This document shows, piece after piece, positions 11,526 to 24,600 of a stretch of 64,000 nt of DNA. The first letter of the stretch is position 1. Each line of letters begins with the position of its first letter. Both the position numbers and the translations under genes were made by a program. The stretch covers positions 186,001-250,000 of the forward strand of contig NIVC01001036.1 of the NCBI GenBank assembly GCA_002269645.1. Reading direction: 5' to 3'. The notes beneath the pieces are model-generated. The model saw nothing but the letters and a program-made list of their open reading frames with translations. It searched no databases and was not told the DNA's origin. The DNA comes from Macrostomum lignano. Lineage: Eukaryota.

Positions 11526-14500
11526 TCTGCCGCACCTGTACCCTCCTCCCAATGTAGAGTGCCGCTGTTTTGTGCTGGTTTTTTGCATTGCGCCGGCAAA
11601 TTTTGCTACAACGTCAATATTTGCTTAGTCATACTAAGCAATTCCGCTCATAAACCGTTGAGAATTAAGTTGAAGTAGCAGTACATTTTCTTATATGGCT
11701 AACTTTATGGCGAAATTGTGCAAATTTTTGTTCGCATTTACAGCCCCAATTTTTGCTTCGCCCCGTCATATGCGCTTCTTAAACTTCTTTAATTTTGCTA
11801 CACTCTGCAAGCCTTGCCTACATCGGAATCAGCTCTATTGAGGCCCACAGAAATCTTGCCGACAACTTGCAAACACACACAGGAATTTTCTGATAGCCTT
11901 GAAACTTTAGCCTAGACACAGTCGAGCTTCGAGTCTAAGAAGAAAAGTTTTCTGCATCTCCATTTTTGGTTCGTAAAACTCTCGATCGTATCTGTTTGAT
12001 AGCAGGAGGGGCTGGCGGGATAAAGAAATCGGATTAGGAAGGGTAGAGCGGGAAATGAAGCGAATCTCTCTCACACACACTCTCTCTTTCTCTCTCTGCC
12101 GGCCAGTCACAAGGATGCGACTCAGAGAGATGGGGAACGGCGAGAGCCGCTTCGGCAACTCTCACGCCCGACTAATTCAGTTTGAAGGCCGAGGCTTGAA
12201 CCACATTGTCAGCGTGGGAGTTGAGCAACGGGGATGGCTGGGTGGGCTGAGGAAATGAAATAGACTGCGGGACTAATGAGCTTCTCTAGCCGGCTTCCCT
12301 CAGCCTCTCGCTATACTTCACCTTCAATCTTCATCAATACTCCCGTCCGTCTCCAAAGTGGAACAGCAACCCCCATCTCCCAGTCGGCTAGCTAGAGATC
12401 GATAGCACTTATTGGAAATCGGTGAGCCTTACTACGGAGGCTGAGTCTCCCTCACACTACCTACGCCACTCCATCAAAGCCGTGGCTTCATAGCCGATTT
12501 TGAGCCCAAAAAAATTATTTATGCATTTTTACGAGCCCTGTGCCGCAGCAGTTCTGTAAAGTTTTCAGCTGCTTTTGCTGGTTTTCCATAGCGACCGTTT
12601 TCTTTTTCGCTCGCTCTGCTTGCTTTTTTATTTCTGCTCCTTCCTGTCTTACTGAAGCATTTATGCAAATTTGACTGACCAGAGCAGGTCTTAGTTTGAC
12701 ACTTTGCTGCTTAGATACCGATTTTTTCTCTCTCTAGCGTGCTTGAGAATTTCCTGCGAGCTCTCACCACTACTTAGACAGCAAGCGAAAGCAGACTGCT
12801 TGCATAGAGACAAACTGAAGCATGAATTTACTATGCTTATACAGTTCTCTTTAACGGAGTTCGCAGCTCTTGGCACTGATGGAATCGTCGCAGTTGTCTG
12901 CTCGGACCCCGCCGGCTCTGTCAGTGTCAAATGGGGCGACTCTCTGATCGACGGCTCTGATTAATGTACAGACCCACTTTGCTGTAACCCACAACTTCTA
13001 TCATCTGCCTGCATGCTGTTCAACTACAAAAATATACGCTGACAAGACACAACTGTGTGTGCCAATTTTTTGGACAAATTCGGACAAATTCTTCAAAACG
13101 AAAACGAGCATTGATTTGTAAACTTCTAAAAACTCCTAAAACGCTTCGTTAGGAAAAGAATTGACCACAAAAACAACTTTCTTTTTAGTTGAAGAAGATG
13201 CCCGCTTCACGCCACTGTCGCATGCTACAGTCTGAAAGGAAAATAAATGAAAGGGGCGAAAAAGGCTTTCGAGGGGGCGGTGATGAGGGGGAGGCTAAGG
13301 CGACTGGGAGGGCGCGTGTTCTGGCCTCGGGGGCTCGGGGGGGGGGGGGGGCTCAGAGCTGCGGGGCCACAATCTCTCCTTTCCCCTCCCACCCTGCGTC
13401 ATTAGCGGCAGGGCGCTCGCGGCACAGGAAATTGGAGGGAGGGGGGCAGTGAAGGCTAGGAGAGGCGGCTCGCTCCTTCTGCTTCTACATGCATGGCTTG
13501 CTGCTTCAAGCCCGACTTTTCTTTTCCTCCTCTTCTTCCGTCTTCGTCCCAATCAAGTTCGCCAATCACCCTAGGGGGGGGGGGCAGAGGATGGGGAACT
13601 GCCTGGCTGCCTGCCTGTCTGCCTTCTTTCAATCTGCTTGAAGCTGAGCTGTGGCTGTGTCTGCATCTATCTATATGCATATGCACGGATGGGTGTGTGT
13701 GTGTACACAAGAGAGCTTTTTGCGCCTAATTGCTTCGTCCAAGACATTTCGAACTGCTAGTTGCCTGTCAGTCAGCAGCCGGACTTCGCCACCTACCCCA
13801 GTATTTAGGCAGCTTAGGTATTTGGGAACTGTTGGCTATTCAGTTGTGTAGGAGTGAGAGTATATAGTTCTAGTTAGGCCCGACTGATTAACAGCTGCAG
13901 GCGGCTGCTGCTTCTACTAAAAGCAGATGGAAGCAGGTGCAAATTCAATCCGATTTCGTCCACTCGACTAAACTGGGAACAAAGTTTTTTCCTCCAAATT
14001 TCGAATTCTCGTTAAAAGCGATAAGGGCAGTGCTGCGTACTGCGGTTCGAGAGGCTCATAAAATGAGACCCACTCTCTGCAGAGGCAAGAAGTCGAAGCA
14101 GCTCAGCTCGAATGTCGAAACACCTTAATTGCCGCTGTCGTGCCGTCCACCCCTCGTGATTCGGCACGCGAGGACCTTCCTATACCTGCCTTGATGATCC
14201 TCAACAGCAAAGCAAAAAGCCCCCTTTCAGTCCCCCTAATTAATGGGGCAACGTGTGAGCGCGCACGGCCACATAGGTATGCCCGGGGCCTGCCTAATCT
14301 AGAACTTATCTACCTACCTAATCTAATCCTTTCCTTTCCTCCTGTTTTTTTCTCATCAGGGGTATTTTTAGCCTACAGCGAAAGCCAAGTGACATTTACC
14401 TGTGGCCTGTTTTGTTCTAAACCTTGAGTCCCGCGTCTCTCATTGTAAGCTAAAAACTCATGCACATTATAATTAAGGAGAAGGCCAGAAGTTGAGCTAT

Positions 14501-14789
14501 ATAGGCATTAGAGACTGAAGACTTGAAATCCGACACCTGCAACCTACAGAAATGTATGCGCATTTGGTTAGTTTGCCTGCACCCTGCTGTGTGAAACCTG
14601 GCTGCATTCTGGCAGGAACAAAGTCCTGCAATTTGGCATACTAGGCTTGTATAGTTACATACGTGAGCGCTGACTCAGTCAAAGCAGTCTTGGCATGTGT
14701 ATGTGTGACTGTTTACAGCTAATCTAGATCTTTTTCAGTGCAATCATAGTTCAGCAAGAACTTTAATAAAAAACATCTATTGAAACCAA

Positions 14790-16565
14790 TATCCCCTTAA
14801 ACCTCGATGCTCAACCATAAACACCCATGAGTCCATGACAATATCCCCTTAAACCCCGATGCTCAACTATAAACACCCAATTGAGTCCAAGACTGACCAT
14901 TTCCATTTAAACCTCGATGCTCAACCATAAACACCCTTGAGCCCATGATTGCCAATACCCCCTTAAACCTCGATGCTTAACCTTTAACACCCTTGAGTTC
15001 ATGACAAAATCCCCTTAAACCTCGATGCTCAACCTTAAAACACCCTTGGGTCCATGACAATTTCCCCTCAAACCTCGATGCGCAACCTTAAACACCCTTG
15101 CGTTCATGACAATATCCCCTCAAACCTCGATGCTCAACCTTAAAACACCCTTGAGTCCATGACAATATCCATTTAAACCTCGATGCTCAACCTTAAACAC
15201 CCTTGCATTCATGACAATATCCCCTCAAACCTCGATGCTCAACCTTAAAACACCATTGAGTCCATGACAATATCCATTTAAACCTCGATGCTCAACCTTA
15301 AAACACCATTGAGTCCATGACAATGTCCATTTAAACCTCGATGCTCAACCTTAAACACCCTTGGGTCCATGACAATTTCCCCTCAAACCTCGATGCTCAA
15401 CCTTAAAACACCCTTGGGTCCATGACAATTTCCCCTCAAACCTCGATGCGCAACCTTAAACACCCTTGCGTTCATGACAATATCCCCTCAAACCTCGATG
15501 CTCAACCTTAAAACACCCTTGAGTCCATGACAATATCCATTTAAACCTCGATGCTCAACCTTAAACACCCTTGCATTCATGACAATATCCCCTCAAACCT
15601 CGATGCTCAACCTTAAAACACCATTGAGTCCATGACAATATCCATTTAAACCTCGATGCTCAACCTTAAACACCCTTGGGTCCATGACAATTTCCCCTCA
15701 AACCTCGATGCTCAACCTTAAAACACCCTAGGGTCCATGACAATTTCCCCTCAAACCTCGATGCGCAACCTTAAACACCCTTGCGTTCATGACAATATCC
15801 CCTCAAACCTCGATGCTCAACCTTAAAACACCCTTGAGTCCATGACAATATCCATTTAAACCTCGATGCTCAACCTTAAACACCCTTGCATTCATGACAA
15901 TATCCCCTCAAACCTCGATGCTCAACCTTAAAACACCATTGAGTCCATGACAATATCCATTTAAACCTCGATGCTCAACCTTAAACACCCTTGGGTCCAT
16001 GACAATTTCCCCTCAAACCTCGATGCTCAACCTTAAAACACCATTGAGTCCATGACAATATCCATTTAAACCTCGATGCTCAACCTTAAACACCCTTGGG
16101 TCCATGACAATTTCCCCTCAAACCTCGATGCTCAACCTTAAAACACCATTGAGTCCATGACAATATCCATTTAAACCTCGATGCTCAACCTTAAACACCC
16201 TTGGGTCCATGACAATATCCCCTCAAACCTCGATGCTCAACCTTAAAACACCATTGAGTCCATGACAATATCCATTTAAACCTCGATGCTCAACCTTAAA
16301 CACCCTTGGGTCCATGACAATTTCCCCTCAAACCTCGATGCTCAACCTTAAAACACCATTGAGTCCATGACAATATCCATTTAAACCTCGATGCTCAACC
16401 TTAAACACCCTTGGGTCCATGACAATTTCCCCTCAAACCTCGATGCTCAACCTTAAACACCCTTGGGTCCATGACAATTTCCCCTCAAACCTCGATGCTC
16501 AACCTTAAAACACCCTTGAGTCCATGACAATATCCATTTAAACCTCGATTCTCAACCTTAAACAC
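14790..16565 (+). repeat. 52/53-bp minisatellite (AAACCTCGATGCTCAACCTTAAAACACCCTTGAGTCCATGACAATATCC...) with alternating variants
   Basis: AAACCT recurs at 15122, 15175 and 15227; ATTT and CCTC variants alternate as a higher-order repeat. Confidence 0.95.
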
Positions 16566-17480
16566 CCCTGAACCTGTGGAGCCATTGTTTAAACTTCAAT
16601 GCATTATTGCTTAAGCCTATTTTAATATCAATTAATTTAGTTAATAAAATAATTTTTCAGAATCCCAACTCCCCTGAATAACCAACAGCAGTGCTGGCCT
16701 ACTGACCCGCATCCAACCACGTGAAGCGGATCATTCCCAAAGGAAATGTGAATAAGCACGCGAGACCGGTTCACTTCTGGATAATTTTGATGTGGAGCCG
16801 GGAATCAGGACGCGAACGATGAAAAGGACTCAAACTTTTGGCAGCTGTCGGAGCACAGACGGACCGCTCTGACCTCAGCGCGGACCAACGGATGCGAGTG
16901 GATGTCAATCAGCATGAATGCCTTCCCTTCAGATCCCCAGCTTAGCCTCTCCTACCGATGGGGGGGGACTTCTTTTTTCCCCATCATCTTTGCGGTCCAA
17001 GCATGAAATTTGATGGCCAGAAAGAGGCGGGAGGCGGGTGCGAGTTCAGCAGTAAAGGGTGTTCTCAGCGTTTCTCTTCTGTCTCGTTGATTTTTTTCTG
17101 AAACTCTGAACTGAAGCCGGTCGCCTCTGCAGTTCAAAGCAGTTCAGTGAGGCCGAGCCCCTGCCCGCTAAACTCACTGAGTTCACCTGGCAGCTGCGGC
17201 AGCAAAATCTTTTCTTCTCAAACCAAAGTTGAGAGTTGGAAAAACTGGGGGGGGGGGTAGCTGCTTTGAATTGAAGCATGCTGGGATTTTTGTGCACCGG
17301 TAGACCTTGGCCTGGCCTTGCCCCCCAGGCATTGCTGAATGGCCATAGCCGGGTCGCAGCAAGACGGAAAACTCTTTCAGCCGGCTTCCTGTAACCCGCA
17401 ACTGCCCATGAGTGCTGGATGGAGTCAAGCCGACCGGCCTGCTTAAAAAGTAAAAAAAAATTTTTCGGAACCTTGGAGAC

Positions 17481-17524
<44 letters not shown>

Positions 17525-18177
17525 GAAATTCTGATCGTGGGGAGTCTGGCTGATGGGGATGGGGAGGCTGTATAGAGTGACTGGCGCCCTGATGAGGCTG
17601 ACTCACCCTGCAGCCATGCAGCTGCCAGGCTTCCCTTGAATGCTAATCTCCCCCTCTCCTCTTTGGAAGTCTGGCCACCCTGGCCCAGATTGAATTAATC
17701 AATTAATGCAAGTTATAAACACAGATATGGTCCCGACCTACGTTAGTTATATCCTACCAAAGCAGCCTCCCAAGCCTCAGAAATCTGTTTGGGCTTTGCT
17801 CCGATCACGCAGCTCTCCGCCAGAGAATCTGCTTTTCCCTCCGTTCTTCTGTCTCTGCCTCGCTGCAGCCTCCACTCTACAGAGTCGCCATTTCCCGTCT
17901 GCCCCGCGTTATCTTCCAGTCGAATGAGTCTCTGCTCTGTCTGCTCATGAGTTATTGATTCGATTTTTGGGAGGAAGGGGGGTTAAACTTCATTGCAGCA
18001 GTGTCTGGATAAAATTCTTCACAGATAAATCTGTTCTGACTGAACTACTTTTACTACTTTTACTACTACTTTTACTACTAGTAGTAATATGCGCTTTCCG
18101 CGGCTAAAAGTTTCGCAAATAATTTATGCTCACATAAATTATCTTCCCCGAGTTGAAGTTGGCCCAGGCTTAAAATT

Positions 18178-18361
18178 TAATCTACATTTAATCTACATCT
18201 ACATCTAATCTAATCTGCATCCAATCTAATCTACGTCTTATCTAATTTACATCTAATCTAATCTGCATCCAATCTAATCTACATCTTATCTAATCTACAT
18301 CTAATCTAATCTACATCTTATCTAATCTACATCTAATCTTCTAAATATACTAAATCTCTAA
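18178..18361 (+). repeat. ATCTA/ATCTAC degenerate microsatellite, left flank of Helitron train
   Basis: Same repeat type resumes at 25503-25740. Confidence 0.85.
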
Positions 18362-18711
18362 TCTAAATATACTAAATCTCTAAGGTTTGTTTGTTTGTAT
18401 GAATGTCCATAACGCTCTAGAGATTGCAATTCTCGACCGATTTTGATCGCGTTTTCGCCAAAAGATTTGTAATCAGCCTGGGATTGTATGGTTAAAATTT
18501 CTTGTATCTGCTTCAATGCTAAAGGGATTAAGTATTCGAAAAACCGTTTTAAATGGCCTTTTTCAATGCAAATTTTATCAGCCAGAAACTTCACAGTCAA
18601 TCTTAATTGATTGCGCCAGAGCCAACTGATAAGAAAACTCACTCCGCTCCACTTAAAGGGGGGCAATAAAAAAATTATTCTGGCTGCTGGCAGCCAGGTC
18701 TAATTAGCTAG
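18362..18711 (+). mobile_element. Non-autonomous Helitron H1 (350 bp)
   Basis: A|TC 5' end TCTAAATATACTAAA...GTTTGTTTGTTTGT...ACCGATTTT; perfect 3' hairpin CTGGCTGC-TG-GCAGCCAG (18680-18697) 10 nt before terminal CTAG (18708-18711). Confidence 0.85.
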
Positions 18712-18854
18712 TCTTCCAATATACTAAAAATGAGTTGTTTGTTTGTACTCACCCCGCCCCACTGCCGAGATAATTACTCTATTTAACTTGCGCAAGCCTA
18801 CCCGGGGGGTATAATAAAAATTCTGGATGCTGGCAGACAGCCTACCCCTGCTAG
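18712..18854 (+). mobile_element. Non-autonomous Helitron H2 (143 bp)
   Basis: 5' TCTTCCAATATACTAAAAATGA...TGTTTGTTTGT; imperfect hairpin CTGGATGC-TG-GCAGACAG (18823-18840); CTAG at 18851-18854. Confidence 0.8.
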
Positions 18855-19454
18855 TCCTATATACTAAAAATGAAAATCTTGCTTGCTTGCTTGCTTGTAA
18901 TCGATTAGAGAAAAAATAGCTTAACCGATTTTCATGAGACTTGCACTGTTCGATCAGAAATTTTCCTGGGACGGTACATGCATCTTGGCTAAGAAATTGC
19001 TCCATGTTAAAGGGATTAAATATTCGAAAAACATGCTTTTTTGCAAAGGTCAAGCAAACTTTTCGACTTGAAATGCATTGTAAGAATGCTAGAGAAAAAA
19101 CTGACTGGTTGAATTCTGATTCTGAAATAGATTGCATCATAACTGAATTGTAACTCCGACTTGAATTGAAAATGCAGTGTGGAAGCGTAGCACCAGACTT
19201 GATTTAAATTGCGTAACCATATTGTTAACTGATACTGACTGACTGAGAAACTGATTATGTCATAACTGCTTCGTGTGATTTACTCTATGCTTGGATTTTA
19301 AAGTGTTGAATTATAGTAAGTGCAAAATTTGATGTTATCAAAACGATGAGAACTAGCCTAGAGGTGAACAAACTGAACTGCCAAATGCAGCGACGATGGT
19401 TCGAATTTTTAGAGAGTTTTTTTAATTAAAGTTTTTTAACGCCAAGAAAACTAA

Positions 19455-20130
19455 AAAATCATGGAAGCGTCATGTAAAAATCATAGAAGCGTCATGTAAA
19501 CAATCATTGAAGCGTCATCTAAAAAGTCATAGAAGCGTCATGTAAAAAATCATAAAAGCGTCATATAAACAATCATAGAAGCGTCATATAAACGATCATA
19601 GAAGCGTCATGTAAACAATCATAGAAGCGTCATGTAAAAATCATAGAAGCGTCATGTAAAAATCATAGAAGCGTCATGTAAAAAATCATAGAAGCGTCAT
19701 GTAAAAATCATAGAAGCGTCATATAAACATCATAGAAGCGTCATGTAAACAATCATAGAAGTGTCATGTAAAAATCATAGAAGCGTCATGTAAAAATCAA
19801 AGAAGCGTCATGTAAAAAATCATAGAAGCGTCATGTAAACAATCATAGAAGCGTCATGTAAAAATCATAGAAGCGTCATGTAAACAATCATAGAAGCGTC
19901 GTGTAAACAATCATAGAAGCGTCATGTAAACAATCATAGAAGCGTCGTGTGAACAATCATAGAAGCGTCATATAAAAAATCATAGAAGCATCATGTAAAA
20001 ATCATAGAAGCGTCATGAAAAATCATAGAAGCCTCATTTAAAGACTAATGAAAGTGTCATTTAAAAAATTAAGAAGCATCATGGTAGAATAAAGGAAGCG
20101 TCATGTCAGACATGAAGGTGTCATGTAAAA
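19455..20130 (+). repeat. 22/23-bp minisatellite (AATCATAGAAGCGTCATGTAAA[A/C]) inside H3
   Basis: Direct periodicity. Confidence 0.95.
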
Positions 20131-20904
20131 ATTAAATGCAGCTATAATGCTGTGCTGGGGAGAATTACTGAGACGTCAAGGCTCACAGAGAATAACTGAG
20201 ATTACAGGGGGGGGGTTTCTGAGATGTCAAAGCAAAAGTCAGAAGCTACTTCAAAGTTCATGTACTTTACTCAATTTTTTATTACATTCTTTGTTGGCTC
20301 GCCACGGGGGGAGGCGCTGATAGAAGAAGAGTCATGTAAAAAATAAAAGTAGCACTAAGTATACATAAAAGAAAAGTCATGTCGAAGTTAAAAGATTCAT
20401 TTGGGAATTGCTACGATGTCAAAGCTTGGTGGAAATCGTTATAGTGCTGTGATTCTTAAAGAAGGAATCACTAAAATTCCAAGGCTTAGGGGAGAAGAAT
20501 TGCTGAGATTTCAAGGCTTTAGGTTGGGTTAAAGTTAGGTTTAGGTCAAGTGTGGGTTGAGGGTTATATTTTATCGGGTTTCAAGGTTAACAAGGGATTT
20601 TTTAGATTTCAAGATTTATGGGGGCATCGCTGACATGTCAAGGCTCACGGGGGTATAAATGAGATTTCAAGGCTTAAGTCAGAAGCTACATGTAGTTTAT
20701 TGAAAACTTTTTATTACATTATTTGTTGACTCCTCAGGGCTCGCTGATAGAAAAAGCGTAATGTAAAAATAAAAGAAGCTTCATGTCGAAGTTAAGAGAT
20801 TCATTTGGGAATCCCTACGATGTCGAGGCTTGCAGGGAATCGCTATAATGCTGTAGTAGTGCTATAATGACTCTTAGAGAGAATTACTGAAATTTCAATG
20901 CTTT

Positions 20905-20975
20905 AGGGTTAGGTTAGGGTTAGGGTTAGGGTTAGGGTTAGGGTTAGGGTTGGGCTAGGGTTAGGGTTAGGGTTA
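20905..20975 (+). repeat. Interstitial telomere-like (TTAGGG)n inside H3; related tracts at ~21240-21330 and ~25225-25280
   Basis: About 11 TTAGGG units, a few imperfect. Confidence 0.9.
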
Positions 20976-21609
20976 GAAGGTTGACAGATTTTTTTAGATT
21001 TCAAGGCTTTTTGGGGGCATCGCTGAGATGTCAAGGGGGGAAGTTGATTTGTTAAAGCTTGTGGGGGGAATTACTGACATTTCAAGGCTTACAAGGGACA
21101 ATTCTGAGGTATGTTGCTAAGAGATGCTACATGTAGTTTATTACAAAACTTGTACTGCATTTTTGGCTCCCTAACGCTAAGATACTAAGCTAAAAAATAC
21201 TACTAGCACTTCACAAACTTATGCAGATGTCAGGCTGTAGGGTTAGTGTTAGGGTTGGTATTAGGGTTTAGGTTTAAGGTTAGGTTCAGGGTTATTATGT
21301 TAAGATTTGGGTTAGGGTTAGGGTTAAGGAGCTTATAACTTAGCTCATGTACCTTATTAAGAATGTTTATCATGGAAGCATCATGCAAAAATAATGGAAG
21401 CGTCATGCAAAAACAATGGAAGCGTCATGCCAAAAATCATAGAAGCATCGATCATGCAAAAACTCATAGACAGAATATTGAATTTAGGGTTTTGGTTAGG
21501 GTTAGAAGTTTGACAGTAGATTTTTTAAGATTTCAAGGCTACATGTAGCTTATTAAAAAAACGTGTATTGCATTTCTTTGGCTCCCCAACGGGGGGCGTA
21601 GATTGCTAG

Positions 21610-24600
21610 TCTCCAATATACTAAAAATGAAAATCTTGTTTGTTTGTACGCAATCGATTAGAGAAAAAATGGCTGGACCGATTTTCTTCGAACTTGCACT
21701 GTTCGATCAGAAATTTTCCTGGGACGGTACATGCATCTTGGCTAAGAAATTGCTCCATGTTAAAGCGATTAAATATTCGAAAAACATGCTTTTTTGCAAA
21801 GGTCAAGCAAACTTTTCGACTTGAAATGCATTGTAAGAATGCTAGAGAAAAAACTGACTGGTTGAATTCTGATTCTGAAATGGATTACATCATAACTGAA
21901 TTGTAACTCCGACTTGAATTGCGTCACAGTATTGAAAATGCAGTGTGGAAGCGTAGCACCAGACTTGATTTAAATTGCGCAACCATATTGTTAACTGATA
22001 CTGACTGACTGAGAAATTGATTATGTAATAACTGCCTCGTGTGATTTACTCTATGCTTGGAGTTTTTAAACTTATAATTATAAGTGCTGAATTCATGTTA
22101 TCAAAACGATGAGAGCTAGCCTAGAGGTAAACAGACTGAACTGCTAAATGCAGAAACGATGGTTCGAATTTTTAGAGAGTAGAGTTTTTTTAATTAAAGC
22201 TTTTTAACGCCAAGAAAACTAAAAAAATCATAAAAGCGTCATGTAAAAAATCATAGAAGCGTCAGGTAAAAAATTGTGGAAGTGTCATGTAAAAAATCGT
22301 GGAAGCATCATGTAAAAAGCATAGAAGTGTCATATAAACAATCATAGAAGCGTCATGTAAACAATCATAGAAGCGTCATGTAAAAAATCGTAGAAGCGTC
22401 ATGTAAAAAATCATAGAAGCGTCATGCAAACAATCATTGAAACGTCATGTAAACAATCATAGAAGCTTCATGTAAAAAATCGTAGAAGCGTCATGAAAAA
22501 ATCATTAAAGCGTCATGTAAAAATCATAGAAGAGTCATGTAAAAAATCATAGAAGCATCGTGTAAACAATCATAGAAGCGTCATGTAAAAAATCGTAAGA
22601 GCGTAATATAAAAATCATAGAAGCGTCATTTAAAAAATCATAGAGGCGTCATATAAAAATCAAAAAAACGTCATTTAAAAAATCATAGAAGCGTCATGTA
22701 AACAATCATAGAAGCGTCATGTAAACAATCATAGAAGCGTCATGTAAAAAATCATAGAGGCGTCATGTAATCAATCATAGAAGCGTCATGTAAACAATCA
22801 TGGAAGCGTCATGTAAACAATCATAGAAGCGTCATGTAAACAATCATAGAAGCGTCATGTAAAAAGCATAGAAGCGTCATATAAACAATCATAGAAGCGT
22901 CATGTAAAAATCATTGAAGCGTCCTGCAGAAATCGTAGAAGCGTCATGAAATAATCATAGAAGCGTCATGTAAAAAATCATAGAAACGTCATGTAAAAAA
23001 TCATAGAAGCGTCATGTAAAAAATCATAGAAGCGTCATATAAACAATCATAGAAGCGTCATGTAAAAATCATTGAAGCGTCCTGCAGAAATCGTAGAAGC
23101 GTCATGAAATAATCATAGAAGCGTCATGTAAAAATCATAGAAGCGTAATGTAAAAATCATAGAGGTGTCAGGTAAAAATCATTGAAGCGTCCTGCAGAAA
23201 TCGTAGAAGCGTCATGAAATAATCATAGAAGCGTCATGTAAAAAATCATAGAAGCGTCATGTAAACAATCATAGAAGCGTCATGTAAAAAATCATAGAAG
23301 CGTCATGTAAAAAATCGTAGAAGTGTCATGTAAAAAATCGTGGAAGCATCATGTAAAAAGCATAGAAGTGTCATGTAAAAAATCATAGAAGCGTCATGTA
23401 AACAATCATAGAAGCGTCATGTAAAAAATCATAGAAGCGTCATGTAAGAAATCATAGAAGCGTCATGCAAACAATCATAGAAGCTTCATGTAAAAAATCG
23501 TAGAAGCGTCATGAAAAAATCATTAAAGCGTCATGTAAAAATCATAGAAGAGTCATGTAAAAAATCATAGAAGCATCGTGTAAACAATCATAGAAGCGTC
23601 ATGTAAAAAATCGTAAGAGCGTAATATAAAAATCATAGAAGCGTCATTTAAAAAATCATAGAGGCGTCATATAAAAATCAAAAAAACGTCATTTAAAAAA
23701 TCATAGAAGCGTCATGTAAACAATCATAGAAGCGTCATGTAAACAATCATAGAAGCGTCAGGTAAAAAATCATAGAAGCGTCATGTAAAAATCATAAAAG
23801 CGTCATGTAAACAATCATTGAAGCGTCATTTAAAAAATCATAGAAGCGTCATTTTAAAAATTATAGAAGCGTCATGTAAACAATCATAGAAGCGTCATGT
23901 AAACAATCATAGAAGCGTCATGTAAAAAATCATAGAAGCGTCGTGTAAACAATCATAAAAGCGTCATGTAAACAATCATTGAAGCGTCATTTAAAAAATC
24001 ATAGAAGCGTCATTTTAAAAATCATAGAAGCGTCATGTAAACAATCATAGAAGCGTCATGTAAACAATCATAGAAGCGTCATGTAAAAAATCATAGAAGC
24101 GTCGTGTAAACAATCATAAAAGCGTCATGTAAACAATCATTGAAGCGTCATTTAAAAAATCATAGAAGCGTCATTTTAAAAATCATAGAAGCGTCATGTA
24201 AACAATCATACAAGCGTCATGTAAAAAATCATAGAAGCGTCATGAAAAAATCATAGAAGCGTCATGTTAAAATCATAGAAGCGTCATGAAAAAATCATAG
24301 AAGTGTCATTTAAAAACTAATGAAAGTGTCATTTAAAAAATTAAGAAGCATCATAGTAGAATAAAAGAAGCGTCATGTCGGACATGAAAGGTGTCATGGA
24401 AAAATTAAATGCAGCTATAATGCTGTGCTGTGCTGGGGAGAAAAACTGAGACGTCAAGGCTCTCAGAGAATAACTGAGATTACGGGGGGGGGTTTCTGAG
24501 ATGTCAAAGCAAAAGTCAGAAGCTAATTCAAAGTTCATGTACTTTACTCAATTTTTTTTATTGCATTCTTTGTTGGCTCGCCACGGGAGGCGCTGATAGA

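Larger units (their letters stand above)
18855..21609 (+). mobile_element. Non-autonomous Helitron H3 (2.76 kb) carrying a 22/23-bp minisatellite and TTAGGG tracts
   Basis: 5' TCCTATATACTAAAAATGAAAATC; 3' hairpin GCTCCCC-AAC-GGGGGGC then GTAGATTG-CTAG (21606-21609); homologous along its length to H4; no RepHel ORF. Confidence 0.85.

Noticed and set aside
14790-16565. CRISPR-like appearance of long-unit arrays (also 53080-53750 and 63635-64000)
   Set aside because: Units are contiguous with no unique spacers, no cas genes, eukaryotic context.
20905-20975. True telomere
   Set aside because: Short, degenerate and internal to a Helitron.
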